This document shows positions 9,411-18,675 of a stretch of DNA of 64,000 bases, piece by piece. The translations under genes and the position numbers were made by a program. Origin of the DNA: Anaerolineales bacterium (GTDB taxonomy: Bacteria > Chloroflexota > Anaerolineae > Anaerolineales > UBA11858); contig JAIORG010000102.1 of assembly GCA_021108255.1 (NCBI GenBank), positions 529-64,528 of the forward strand, written 5' to 3'. How positions within the stretch are numbered: position 1 is the stretch's first letter; the number at the start of each line of letters is the position of its first letter. Below the pieces are notes generated by a model. It was not told where the DNA came from. It searched no databases and worked only from the letters and a program-made list of their open reading frames with translations.

Positions 9411-10280
9411 ATGCACGAAATCAAACCCGGGATTTATTACGAGGATACTTATCCAGGACCAACCATAGGAGCTATCCTGCTTCCCCAGGGCATGATATTC
9501 ATTGATGCGCCTTTACGTCCAGAGGATGGCCACCGCTGGAAATCAAATTTACTAAATCGCAGTCAGGGAACAATCCACAAAATTGTAGTCTGCCTTGATG
9601 ATCATCCAGACAGAACTATTGGAGTGAACAGTTTGGATTGTCCCATTGTGGCCCACAGGGACGCTGCTAAGACGTTGCAGGAGCAATCTGCGGTTTTTCG
9701 CGGTCAGCTTCCAGAAAGCGGAGCAATCTGGGAAAAATATCCTGAAACCACTGGACTCCAATGGGTCATTCCAGACATTACATTTACAGAACGAATGCAG
9801 TTTCACTGGGCAGATGAAGCTGTTCTGATTGAGCACCATCCCGGTCCAAGACCTGGGTCAAGCTGGGTGATTATCCCCTCCGAGAAAGTTGTCTTCATCG
9901 GAGACGCTGCATCCGCCACAGGACCTCCCTTCTTAGGGAAAGCTCATTTACCTACCTGGATTGACACCCTGGATATTTTATTGAGAGCAAAATATAAAGA
10001 TTATCAAATCATTAGCGGTCGGGGAGGACCAGTCAAACTGGACAATATCCGGGAACTGAAAAAATCCTTCAGGAAAATTCACCGCCGAGTAGACAAGCTG
10101 GCAAACCGGCGGGCATCTGTAGATGATGTAAGTGATCTGGCAGGAAAATTCATGGATGAATTTCCTTATCTAAAAAGGGATCGCGAATTTTTCCTCCAAC
10201 GCTTGCGCCATGGTTTATCTCAGTATTACATCAGGAATTATTTTCCCCAAACTGATGATGCCGGGAAAAAAATCGTCTGA
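9411..10280 (+). CDS. MBL-fold (metallo-beta-lactamase-like) protein with a degenerate metal-binding motif
   Basis: Fold pattern IFIDAPL...IVVCLDDHPDRTIG...HHPGPRPGSS...FIGDAAS, where HxHxDH is replaced by DDHPDR. Start set to ATG 9411, which has AGGAG at 9401-9405. The track start is TTG 9387. Confidence 0.55.
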   Translation: MHEIKPGIYYEDTYPGPTIGAILLPQGMIFIDAPLRPEDGHRWKSNLLNRSQGTIHKIVVCLDDHPDRTIGVNSLDCPIVAHRDAAKTLQEQSAVFRGQLPESGAIWEKYPETTGLQWVIPDITFTERMQFHWADEAVLIEHHPGPRPGSSWVIIPSEKVVFIGDAASATGPPFLGKAHLPTWIDTLDILLRAKYKDYQIISGRGGPVKLDNIRELKKSFRKIHRRVDKLANRRASVDDVSDLAGKFMDEFPYLKRDREFFLQRLRHGLSQYYIRNYFPQTDDAGKKIV

Positions 10281-10320
10281 GTGTGCTTCTTAGCCAAAAT
10301 CTGCACACCAGACTTCCTCA

Positions 10321-11388
10321 ATGAGTGATTCCCATCAATATCCAGATCAAGGTTATCTTCCACTTTTCCATACCATTCGGGGAGAAGTAGTTGAATCCAT
10401 ACATTACGGTGCGATCGCAATTGTTGATCCTTCCGGTAAACTCTTCGCCTGGTACGGCAATCCAGAAGCGGTGACTTTCCTGCGGTCCTCAGCAAAACCT
10501 TTCCAGTCCCTGCCTCTGGTCGAGATGGGAGGGTTGGATTTCTTTCATATTACTCAAAAGGAGTTAGCAGTAACTTGCGCATCCCACTCTGGAACTGATC
10601 AACATCTAAAAACGATCCACGGGCTTCAGCAAAAAATCGACATCTCCGAAAAAGATTTATTATGCTGCACCCACCAGCCATTTGATTCTAGTACCCGGGC
10701 ACTATTGAGAGATCGAGGAGAACAACCCTCCCCAAATCGCCATAATTGTTCTGGAAAACATAGCGGTATGTTAGCGCAGGCTAAATTACTTCAAGCTGAT
10801 CTGAAAAACTATACGGAAATTGAACATCCTATCCAGCAGCAAATCCAGTCGGTTATTACCGAGATGTGCTGCATTGAACCTTCCAGACTCCAGGTAGGCA
10901 AGGATGGCTGTTCAGTTCCTACTTTTGCTATGCCCTTATACCATGCAGCCTGGGGTTGGGCCCGCCTGGTAAATCCTGATGGATTCTCCAAAAAACGGAT
11001 AAATGCCTGCAAAACGATAACTTCAGCCATGGCAGCCCATCCTTTTTTAATAGCAGGTCCTGGCAGGCTGGATACCCGTTTGATGAAAATTGCAGCTGGG
11101 AAAATTATCTCCAAAGCTGGAGCGGAAGCGTTCCAGTCTGCAGGCATCCTGGAAAACGCGATCTATCCCGGTTCACCGGCTCTGGGTATCGCCCTAAAAA
11201 TTTCCGATGGAGATCAAGGCAAACGCGCCAGAAGGGCCGTTTTTATTGAAATCTTAAACCAACTGGAAGTATTATCGGCCGATCAGATGAAAGACCTGGC
11301 AGACATAGGACCAATCCTTACCGAGCACAATCTATGTGACCTCGTAACCGGGGTCGCAAAACCCTGTTTTCAATTACAATACAGCTAA
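10321..11388 (+). CDS. L-asparaginase II family protein (asparaginase_II-like)
   Basis: The RSSAKPFQ and CSGKHSGML segments are characteristic of this family. Size is 355 aa. Confidence 0.65.
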   Translation: MSDSHQYPDQGYLPLFHTIRGEVVESIHYGAIAIVDPSGKLFAWYGNPEAVTFLRSSAKPFQSLPLVEMGGLDFFHITQKELAVTCASHSGTDQHLKTIHGLQQKIDISEKDLLCCTHQPFDSSTRALLRDRGEQPSPNRHNCSGKHSGMLAQAKLLQADLKNYTEIEHPIQQQIQSVITEMCCIEPSRLQVGKDGCSVPTFAMPLYHAAWGWARLVNPDGFSKKRINACKTITSAMAAHPFLIAGPGRLDTRLMKIAAGKIISKAGAEAFQSAGILENAIYPGSPALGIALKISDGDQGKRARRAVFIEILNQLEVLSADQMKDLADIGPILTEHNLCDLVTGVAKPCFQLQYS

Positions 11389-11391
11389 ATT

Positions 11392-12060
11392 ATGAATAGA
11401 AAACAGCTTGCGGCCAATACACATCAGCTATTGGGAGACAAGTACGGACTTCCAACCTGGCGCCCTCACCTCTCTCCTGTGGGCGAACTTGTTTCAACTA
11501 TACTTTCCCAGAACACCAATGACAAAAACCGAGATCGAGCCTATGACACCCTCAGGAAAAAATTTTTAACCTGGGAAGAGGTCAGGGATGCCCCGGGAAA
11601 TCTACTTGCCGAATCGATCAAAACCGCAGGATTGGCTAATCAAAAAGGACCTGCGATCCAAAATGCACTGAGGATCATAACTGAAGAAAGGGGTGAAATC
11701 GAGCTGGATTTTTTAAGGTCAAAAACCAGCCAGGAAGCTTCTTTATGGTTAACTAATTTAAAAGGAGTAGGCCCCAAAACCGCAGCTATTGTTCTATTAT
11801 TCTCTCTGGATATGCCGGCATTTCCAGTTGATACACATGTACACAGGATTACAGGCAGAATTGGGATCCGGCCCGACAAGATGACCGCAGCCAAGGCGCA
11901 TACCTATCTTGCCGAACAATTTTTACCCGATACTTATTATGCAATCCATCTAAACTTGATCCGGCTGGGACGGGAAATATGCAAAGCGCGCCAACCTCTC
12001 TGTCAGGATTGTCCTCTAAACAAGATTTGCAATTATTATAAAAATGAGAAAATTCAATAA
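11392..12060 (+). CDS. nth: Endonuclease III family DNA glycosylase/AP lyase (HhH-GPD with 4Fe-4S loop)
   Basis: HhH LKGVGPKTAAIVL, catalytic Asp region PVDTHVHRI, and C-terminal cluster CKARQPLCQDCPLNKIC. Confidence 0.85.
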   Translation: MNRKQLAANTHQLLGDKYGLPTWRPHLSPVGELVSTILSQNTNDKNRDRAYDTLRKKFLTWEEVRDAPGNLLAESIKTAGLANQKGPAIQNALRIITEERGEIELDFLRSKTSQEASLWLTNLKGVGPKTAAIVLLFSLDMPAFPVDTHVHRITGRIGIRPDKMTAAKAHTYLAEQFLPDTYYAIHLNLIRLGREICKARQPLCQDCPLNKICNYYKNEKIQ

Positions 12061-12964
12061 AGCATTACATGCGGGTAAACTGATCACAGCACTGCTTATT
12101 TCACTGCAGTTCCTGTCAGGCTGTATCCTTTACCCAAATCTAGAGAAACCAGCTCTACCCCCTTCTCAGAAAGAAGAAACAACTCCCGCCTTGTTAATCA
12201 CTGATTCAATAACCTTAGAGACTCCAGTAATCCAAACTGGAAAATTGTTCACTCCTATTGGCCTGCTCCAGGGAGAATCCTTAGCAATTCACAGCAGCCC
12301 CGCTGCAAATGCGCCGATCATTGGCAGTATTCCCGCAACCAGTATTAATATCAAGATTTCTGGAGAACCGCAAATAGATGAAAAAACAACCTGGATTATG
12401 GCAGACTATAATCAAGTTCAGGGCTGGGTTGACTTAAACAATCTGGCTATCCACGAAGGAGAACTGCCGGAAGAATTGATAGCACTTGGACAGCTCGTCC
12501 TGGATAACCTGCAAGCTTATGATTACAATCTACTGGTTGATCTGATTCATCCAGATCATTGTTTGAGATTTTCCCCCTATTCCTATCTCTCTGAAAACAA
12601 TTTAATCTTTTGCCCAGAACAACTGAGGGATTTAGTATCCTCAGATGAAAAATATGTCTGGGGAGAATATGACGGAACCGGTAATCTTATATTTATGATT
12701 TTTCCGGAATATCATCAAAACTTTGTGTATGATTCCAATTACATTAAGCCAGAAATAATTGGTTTTAATGTTGAGGTAAGCTCAGGAAATGCCATTAACA
12801 ATATTGCTGGCGTTTACCCCGGGGGAGTGATGATTGAGTATTATTTCTCCGGTTTCGATCCCAAATATGGCGGTCTGGATTGGCGAAGTATAAGACTGGT
12901 TTTCATTCAGGACAATCTTACCTGGTACCTGGTTGCAATTATCCATGGAGAATGGACAATATAA
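12044..12964 (+). CDS. Lipoprotein with SH3b-like domain, function unknown
   Basis: Signal peptide plus lipobox FLSGC. SH3b-like segment LAIHSSPAANAPIIGSIP...WIMADYNQVQGWVDLNNL. Overlaps the nth end by 17 nt. Confidence 0.6.
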   Translation: MRKFNKALHAGKLITALLISLQFLSGCILYPNLEKPALPPSQKEETTPALLITDSITLETPVIQTGKLFTPIGLLQGESLAIHSSPAANAPIIGSIPATSINIKISGEPQIDEKTTWIMADYNQVQGWVDLNNLAIHEGELPEELIALGQLVLDNLQAYDYNLLVDLIHPDHCLRFSPYSYLSENNLIFCPEQLRDLVSSDEKYVWGEYDGTGNLIFMIFPEYHQNFVYDSNYIKPEIIGFNVEVSSGNAINNIAGVYPGGVMIEYYFSGFDPKYGGLDWRSIRLVFIQDNLTWYLVAIIHGEWTI

Positions 12965-13024
12965 TTAAATGGATCCTTTATCATCTCAGGATTATGGATC
13001 ATACCCAAAAAACAAATTAAATCC

Positions 13025-15457
13025 ATGAAAAAAAACTTCTACCAGACAACAATCCTTATCATCTTCATTGGAACCCTATTTATCGGCGGGAGATATTTGT
13101 TATCCGACAGGACCCCGGAACAAAACGTCGAGGAAACATCACAACCCCCGACCCTCCCTTGCCTCTTGCCTATACTGACACCTGTTCCAACCTCCACTCC
13201 GATCCTGCCTCCCCTTCAAAGTACTATTCCCGGGGATGTATCTTACTTTTACGGGGACTGGGAATCAGCAATCACCAGTTATCAAGCTACTCTGGATAAC
13301 GATTCCTCTCCGGATCAAATCAGCGCAGCATTATTAGGGTTAGGGAAAGTTTATTTCCAGGAACAGGATTATCAGCAAGCCCTGAATTATCTACGGCTGT
13401 TGGTTTCAACCTATCCGGATTCTGTCCTGATCCACAAAGGTTTTTTCTCCCTTGCAGAAACTTACACTGCATTGGATCGGCACCTGGAAGCTGCGGACGC
13501 CTACAATTTATACCTTTCCCGCCGCCCGGGAATCCTGGATGCATTCGTGCAGCACAAAAGAGGTGATGCTCTTTCAGCAGCCGAAGAACCCTCCCAGGCA
13601 ATTGAAGCCTATCAAGCAGCCATCGCCGCAGGAAGTGGAGACTCTCTTTTTACCCTCCAACTAAAAATTGGTCAGCAGTATGCCTCCCTGGAGGATCACG
13701 CTACTGCAATTGTGATCTACAAAGATGTATATATTCAAACCTCGAATGATTATGCAAAAGCCCGGTCAGATTATTTATTGGGCCTTTCCTATTTGGACCT
13801 CGGCCAGAATGACCTGGCTGAAGCTGCGTTCCAGGATGCAGTGATTCAATACCCCCTCAGCTACGATTCCTATTTAGCATTGTTGGAATTGGTAAACAGA
13901 GGTTTTGAGATTAACGACCTTGACCGGGGTTTAGTAGACTATTTTGCCGGACAATACAGTCATGCTGTGGAAGCTTTTGACCGCTACTTAATTGAACCGG
14001 ACGCCGGGGATCAGGGTACAGCACTGTATTACAAGGGCTTTGCTCTGCGGGCTATGGGAAGGCATGAGGAAGCGTTGCTTGCCTGGGATGTTCTAATCAA
14101 TCAATATCCAGACCATTCCTACTGGGATCAAGCTTGGGAATTTAAGGCCTATTCGCTCTGGTTTTATCTGGATCGTTACAATGAAGCCAGTCAGGTTTTG
14201 CTGGACTTTGTCAGCAAGAACCCCTACCATCCACGAGCAGCTGAATTCTTGTTTGATGCAGCCAGAATTGAGGAGCTGATCAGTGATCTTGAAACCGCAG
14301 CAGCGCTCTGGAAACGAGTTTTCAATGAATATCCAACTTCTTCGTATGCCAATGTGTCATTATTTAAAAGTGGTATCTCCCGGGTAAGACTGGGCGCTTA
14401 TCCGCAGGCGCTGGATGCATTCTCTACTTACAGCGATGCTTCCCAATCATTCGAAGAACTCTCCCAGGCACTGTTTTGGATCGGGAAAGTATATGATATG
14501 CAAGGCAACTCTGATGCAGCCTTGGATGCCTGGAGTGACGCCGCCAATGCGGATCCCACCGGATACTACAGCGAACGGGCTCGCGATTTGCTTCAGAACC
14601 GGCATCCGTTTACACCGCCACAAGACTACGATATCGGTTTTGATGTCCTGGCAGAACAACAGGAAGCTGAGAACTGGATTAAAGATACTTTTTCAATTCC
14701 TCCCGAAACGAATCTGAGCAGTCTCGGTTTATTGGGAGATGATCCCCGTCTAATCAGAGGTACCGAACTGTGGGAATTGGGTTTATATAGCGAGGCCCGG
14801 GCTGAATTTGAGGAACTCAGGAATGAGATCAGTTTTGACCCAATTAGCAGCTACCGGTTAGCCAACTATTACGTTGATCTGGGTCTCTACCGCCCTGCTA
14901 TCTTTGCTGCCCGTCAAGTATTAAATGCTTCCGGCATGGATGACGCTGAAACCATGAACGCACCTTCCTATTTTAATCACATCCGGTTTGGGACTTATTA
15001 CAGCGACCTGGTCATCCCCGCCGGTCAGGAATATGGATTTCACCCCCTGCTGCTTTTCAGTGTGATCCGGCAGGAATCTCTTTTTGAGGGTTTTGTCCGG
15101 TCTACCGCCGGAGCAAGAGGGTTAATGCAGATCATGCCCAGCACTGGTGCAGAACGGGCAGATCAAGAAGATTGGCCGCCTGACTACAGTGCTGAGGACC
15201 TCTACCGCCCGCAGGTGAGTATTAAATTAGGAACTGCTTATTTAGGTTTCCTGCGGTCTTATTTTGATGGGGATATCTATGCCACATTAGCGGCTTATAA
15301 TGCGGGCCCGGGGAATTCTGCCACCTGGCTGGAAGAAGCTCAAGGAGATCCGGATCTCTTTTTAGAAATCATCCGATTTTCTGAAACCCAGCTGTATCTG
15401 AAAAATATCTCAGAGATTTTCGCCATCTACCGGCGTTTGTATACCCGGAGTCAATAG
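13025..15457 (+). CDS. TPR-repeat protein with C-terminal soluble lytic transglycosylase (SLT) domain
   Basis: N-terminal TM anchor and long TPR-like repeats. SLT motifs RQESLFEGF, GARGLMQIMPSTG and AAYNAGPGN. Confidence 0.9.
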   Translation: MKKNFYQTTILIIFIGTLFIGGRYLLSDRTPEQNVEETSQPPTLPCLLPILTPVPTSTPILPPLQSTIPGDVSYFYGDWESAITSYQATLDNDSSPDQISAALLGLGKVYFQEQDYQQALNYLRLLVSTYPDSVLIHKGFFSLAETYTALDRHLEAADAYNLYLSRRPGILDAFVQHKRGDALSAAEEPSQAIEAYQAAIAAGSGDSLFTLQLKIGQQYASLEDHATAIVIYKDVYIQTSNDYAKARSDYLLGLSYLDLGQNDLAEAAFQDAVIQYPLSYDSYLALLELVNRGFEINDLDRGLVDYFAGQYSHAVEAFDRYLIEPDAGDQGTALYYKGFALRAMGRHEEALLAWDVLINQYPDHSYWDQAWEFKAYSLWFYLDRYNEASQVLLDFVSKNPYHPRAAEFLFDAARIEELISDLETAAALWKRVFNEYPTSSYANVSLFKSGISRVRLGAYPQALDAFSTYSDASQSFEELSQALFWIGKVYDMQGNSDAALDAWSDAANADPTGYYSERARDLLQNRHPFTPPQDYDIGFDVLAEQQEAENWIKDTFSIPPETNLSSLGLLGDDPRLIRGTELWELGLYSEARAEFEELRNEISFDPISSYRLANYYVDLGLYRPAIFAARQVLNASGMDDAETMNAPSYFNHIRFGTYYSDLVIPAGQEYGFHPLLLFSVIRQESLFEGFVRSTAGARGLMQIMPSTGAERADQEDWPPDYSAEDLYRPQVSIKLGTAYLGFLRSYFDGDIYATLAAYNAGPGNSATWLEEAQGDPDLFLEIIRFSETQLYLKNISEIFAIYRRLYTRSQ

Positions 15458-15499
15458 GAAAATCCAGAGAGAAGAAATCCCATTCGGTTAAGAACAATC

Positions 15500-16627
15500 T
15501 TACGGCCTTTTTTCCAGGGTCAGTTCAAACTCGAGGGTTTCAGCCCCTCGGATCACCAGGATTGTGACCTGATCTCCAGGGTTTTTATAGGTTAATAAAT
15601 AACCCATGAAATCCGCAAAATCATTCACTTGCTGATCATCAATGGCAATGATTAAATCACCGCCTTTCAGATCACCCTCTCTACTTTCCGCGCCCACCAG
15701 CCCGGCTTTATCCGCCGGACTGCCAGGAGTAACCTCGCGGATATAAACACCTGTGGATTGGGGCAAATCTAATGCTTCCTGATCAAACAGGCTGAGTTCA
15801 CCCATTACCGCGATCCCGACATAAGGTGAGTCATGGTTCCCAAAGACAATCAAATCAGGAACTACATTTTTTGCTGTATCAATGGAAATCGCGAAACCAA
15901 GACCGGAGTTAACTGGCTGTCCGGAAAGATCAATACTTGTGGTACTGATTGCTGAATTGATGCCTACAACTTCGCCATTCAGGTTTAACAAAGGACCGCC
16001 GGAATTACCCGGATTGATAGCTGCGTCAGTTTGAATAATGTTCCCGGTAGCAAACACTCCGCCTCCCGGCGCAAAATGCATTGATTCCATGGTTCTACCC
16101 AGGGCAGAGATGATTCCTAGAGTCATCGATCCCTGTAATCCCTTAGGGTTACCAATGGCGATTACTGTTTGCCCAACCAAAAGATCACTACTCTGGCCCA
16201 GGGAGAGAACTTTCAACTCAGGCGGTAGTTGGTCTAGTTCAAGTACAGCGAGGTCGGTATCAGGATCTGACCCAAGAATCTGAGCCCTGGTTTTAAATCC
16301 AGAAGGAAAGGCGACTTCCAAATCAGTCGCAGCATGAATAACATGGAAATTGGTGACAATATGACCTTCCTCATCCCAAACAAATCCGGTTCCTAAACCA
16401 CCCCCCTCTTCCGTCAGGGCGCGGATAGCAACTACACCCGGGTTTACTTCTTCATAGAGCGAGGGAAGATCCCCATCTTCGATTACCACCTTGCTAATGG
16501 TAGTGACTACTCCATCATTTATAGGTTCTAATGTTTGCGTAAACCAGGTTTGAGGGTTTAAAGAACAAGCAAGAGCGGAGAGGATCAGCGCTGTCACTAT
16601 GATTAAAATTGCAGATTTATTTTTCAT
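15500..16627 (-). CDS. HtrA/DegP-family serine protease with PDZ domain
   Basis: Catalytic triad contexts TNFHV, DLAVLE and GNSGGPLLN. C-terminal PDZ-like region and N-terminal hydrophobic anchor. Confidence 0.9.
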   Translation of the reverse strand: MKNKSAILIIVTALILSALACSLNPQTWFTQTLEPINDGVVTTISKVVIEDGDLPSLYEEVNPGVVAIRALTEEGGGLGTGFVWDEEGHIVTNFHVIHAATDLEVAFPSGFKTRAQILGSDPDTDLAVLELDQLPPELKVLSLGQSSDLLVGQTVIAIGNPKGLQGSMTLGIISALGRTMESMHFAPGGGVFATGNIIQTDAAINPGNSGGPLLNLNGEVVGINSAISTTSIDLSGQPVNSGLGFAISIDTAKNVVPDLIVFGNHDSPYVGIAVMGELSLFDQEALDLPQSTGVYIREVTPGSPADKAGLVGAESREGDLKGGDLIIAIDDQQVNDFADFMGYLLTYKNPGDQVTILVIRGAETLEFELTLEKRP

Positions 16628-16894
16628 GGGTTGTCCCTACTTTAATGGTCAATAATTTGTGCATTAATCAAGAAAATAACATCCGAAATGGCATCCCAAC
16701 GAAAATAGATGCTTCAAATTCGATCATCTTAAAGATACTTGTCCAGCATAAAATCTTACAAGAGATTATAGTATTTGGCACTATAGTACCGCAGAAATTT
16801 AATAAAGATATTATATTTCAATTATTAAAACATAAAAAGGGCGAGGCTGTATCAGTTGAGGGGCGGGGAGTCTGAAATACCTCCCGGGAGGAAT

Positions 16895-16940
16895 AAAAAA
16901 AAAGCCTCCTCAAACAGATTGATCTATTTGAGGAGGCTTT
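16895..16940 (-). terminator. Strong intrinsic terminator with no annotated gene upstream of it (orphan)
   Basis: Perfect 14-bp arms AAAGCCTCCTCAAA (16901-16914) and TTTGAGGAGGCTTT (16927-16940) with a 12-nt loop. On the minus strand the stem is followed by a run of 9 U (16903-16895). On the plus strand there is no U tract. Confidence 0.7.
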
Positions 16941-17237
16941 CGCCAAAGGAGGAAACAGTGATAAATTTTTTTATATCTCCCGTTTCTGAGTAAATCATAA
17001 CAGAACCCCTGCAGGATGCAAAAGTACAAGCTCACGGAAAATATATGACCTTTATCCTCTCCAATCATAAACAATTATTCAGATACTTTTTGGAGGAAAA
17101 AGTACAACAATGCAGGTATGATATTTGCTGCCAAACAGGTAAAAATATTTATTCCTAGATTCCATGTCCTGGGCCTGAAATTCCCCTACTATTGCCTTTT
17201 ATCAGCGCTTGTTGTAAAATCGTTTTCGAAACTATTT

Positions 17238-17311
17238 GCCCTCGTAGCTCAGTGGATTAGAGCACTTGCTTGCGGAGTAAGGGGTCGCGTGTTCGAATCA
17301 CGCCGAGGGTG
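17238..17311 (+). tRNA. tRNA-Arg (anticodon GCG), CCA not encoded
   Basis: Hand-folded cloverleaf. Acceptor GCCCTCG/CGAGGGT (G1-U72), D stem GCTC/GAGC, anticodon stem CTTGC/GTAAG with loop TTGCGGA, variable GGGTC, T arm GCGTG-TTCGAAT-CACGC, discriminator G. Confidence 0.8.
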
Positions 17312-17314
17312 CTC

Positions 17315-17349
17315 AAAACGGAGCGGGAAATCCCGCCCCGTTTTTTTTT
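17315..17349 (+). terminator. Intrinsic terminator of tRNA-Arg
   Basis: Stem CGGaGCGGG / CCCGCcCCG (17319-17340) followed by T9 (17341-17349). Confidence 0.8.
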
Positions 17350-17367
17350 GCTCTTTTCCAGCAATAA

Positions 17368-17585
17368 TTATCGAAAAAGAATTCCATTATTCAGGAAAAG
17401 GCGGGTGGAGAGCAGCTTCTTCGATTTGTAGTATTCCACGCCAATGTGCCGGAAACAGCCCCCTGCTAGATGACATAAAGAAAAACCTCTCTCCCGAAGA
17501 AATCTGCCTGGCAGAGTCGAGCCCTGTGATCGGCACCCACGTGGGTCCTGGTACCCTTGCCGTGGTTTGTATGCACGGGATGTAA
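17368..17585 (+). pseudogene. 5'-truncated, frameshifted remnant of a DegV-family gene
   Basis: Conceptual translation LSKKNSIIQEKAGGEQLLRFVVFHANVPETAP / LLDDIKKNLSPEEICLAESSPVIGTHVGPGTLAVVCMHGM. It aligns with the C-terminus of the intact DegV downstream (ERTKGHKNIRLATLHANNPETAQFILDEITERL...AELSPVLGTHAGPGAVGLAYLVDM). The frame changes at the C5 run 17459-17463. Confidence 0.75.
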
Positions 17586-17702
17586 TAAAAAGACATTTTG
17601 CAGAAAATACGGATTAAATAACTACCGTAACCTCTCTTTTAGAAATGTGTTGTATCTTTCATAATTGAAAGATACTCATACTTATTTCGAAAGAGAGGAT
17701 TT

Positions 17703-18551
17703 ATGTCTAAAGTAGCCATTGTAACTGACAGTTCACCCAATATCCCTGAGCACCTTATTAAAGAAAATCATATCCATGTTGTTCCTCTCAATGTAATCTG
17801 GGGGGAGGAATCCTATTTTGACGGTGTGGAAATCACAAATGCCGAGTTTTACTCACGACTCGAAACAGACAAAGTTATGCCCAGTACATCCCAACCGTCT
17901 GTGGCTGCATTTGAAGTGCTTTTTCGCTCCCTCCACGAGGATGGTTATGAAATACTTGGCAGCTTTTTATCGGAGGATCTATCCGGCACCATATCTTCCG
18001 CTACCCAGGCTAAAAAAATGCTCCCCGAAGCTAAAATTGAAATCGTGAACTCAAAATCCCTGGCAATGGCCCACGGGTTTCAGGTTCTGGCCGCTGCCAG
18101 AGCAGCCAATAACGGCGCCTCGCTTGCTGAATGTAAACAGATTGCAGAGGATGCCCGGGACCGCTCTGCCGTAATCTTTGTCCTCGATACCCTGGAATTT
18201 TTGCATAGGGGAGGCAGAGTAGGAGGAGCAAAACGGTTTGTCGGAACCTTATTGAATGTCAAACCTATCCTGACTGTTGAGGATGGCCTGATAGTTCCCC
18301 TTGATTCAGTCCGCACTCAGAAAAAAGCCCTGGAAGCAATAGTAGATATGATTGAAGAAAGAACAAAAGGCCATAAAAATATCCGCTTAGCAACCCTGCA
18401 TGCTAACAATCCAGAGACAGCCCAATTTATCCTGGATGAAATTACTGAAAGATTACCCCTGGACGAGAAGGTATTCGCTGAACTCAGTCCTGTTCTCGGG
18501 ACCCATGCCGGTCCGGGAGCGGTAGGACTGGCTTATCTTGTGGATATGTAA
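17703..18551 (+). CDS. DegV family fatty-acid-binding protein
   Basis: N-terminus VAIVTDSSPNIP, C-terminal LGTHAGPGAVG motif, and SD GAGAGGA upstream. Confidence 0.9.
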   Translation: MSKVAIVTDSSPNIPEHLIKENHIHVVPLNVIWGEESYFDGVEITNAEFYSRLETDKVMPSTSQPSVAAFEVLFRSLHEDGYEILGSFLSEDLSGTISSATQAKKMLPEAKIEIVNSKSLAMAHGFQVLAAARAANNGASLAECKQIAEDARDRSAVIFVLDTLEFLHRGGRVGGAKRFVGTLLNVKPILTVEDGLIVPLDSVRTQKKALEAIVDMIEERTKGHKNIRLATLHANNPETAQFILDEITERLPLDEKVFAELSPVLGTHAGPGAVGLAYLVDM

Positions 18552-18585
18552 ATTCCAGAAACGTTTTCAAGAAATATTTAAAAAA

Positions 18586-18615
18586 ACGTCCAGTCAACCG
18601 GCTGGACGTTTTTTT
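18586..18615 (+). terminator. Intrinsic terminator after degV
   Basis: ACGTCCAG-8 nt loop-CTGGACGT followed by T7. Confidence 0.8.
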
Positions 18616-18675
18616 CTTCGATGGTAAACTTATCCATGAGCTTTCAGAAGCAATCTGTTCAAAAGGCAAAACACA

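Noticed and set aside
17118-17585. 155-aa track ORF that could be read as a gene.
   Set aside because: It reads straight through the tRNA-Arg gene and its terminator. Only its last ~40 codons are meaningful, and those belong to the DegV remnant.
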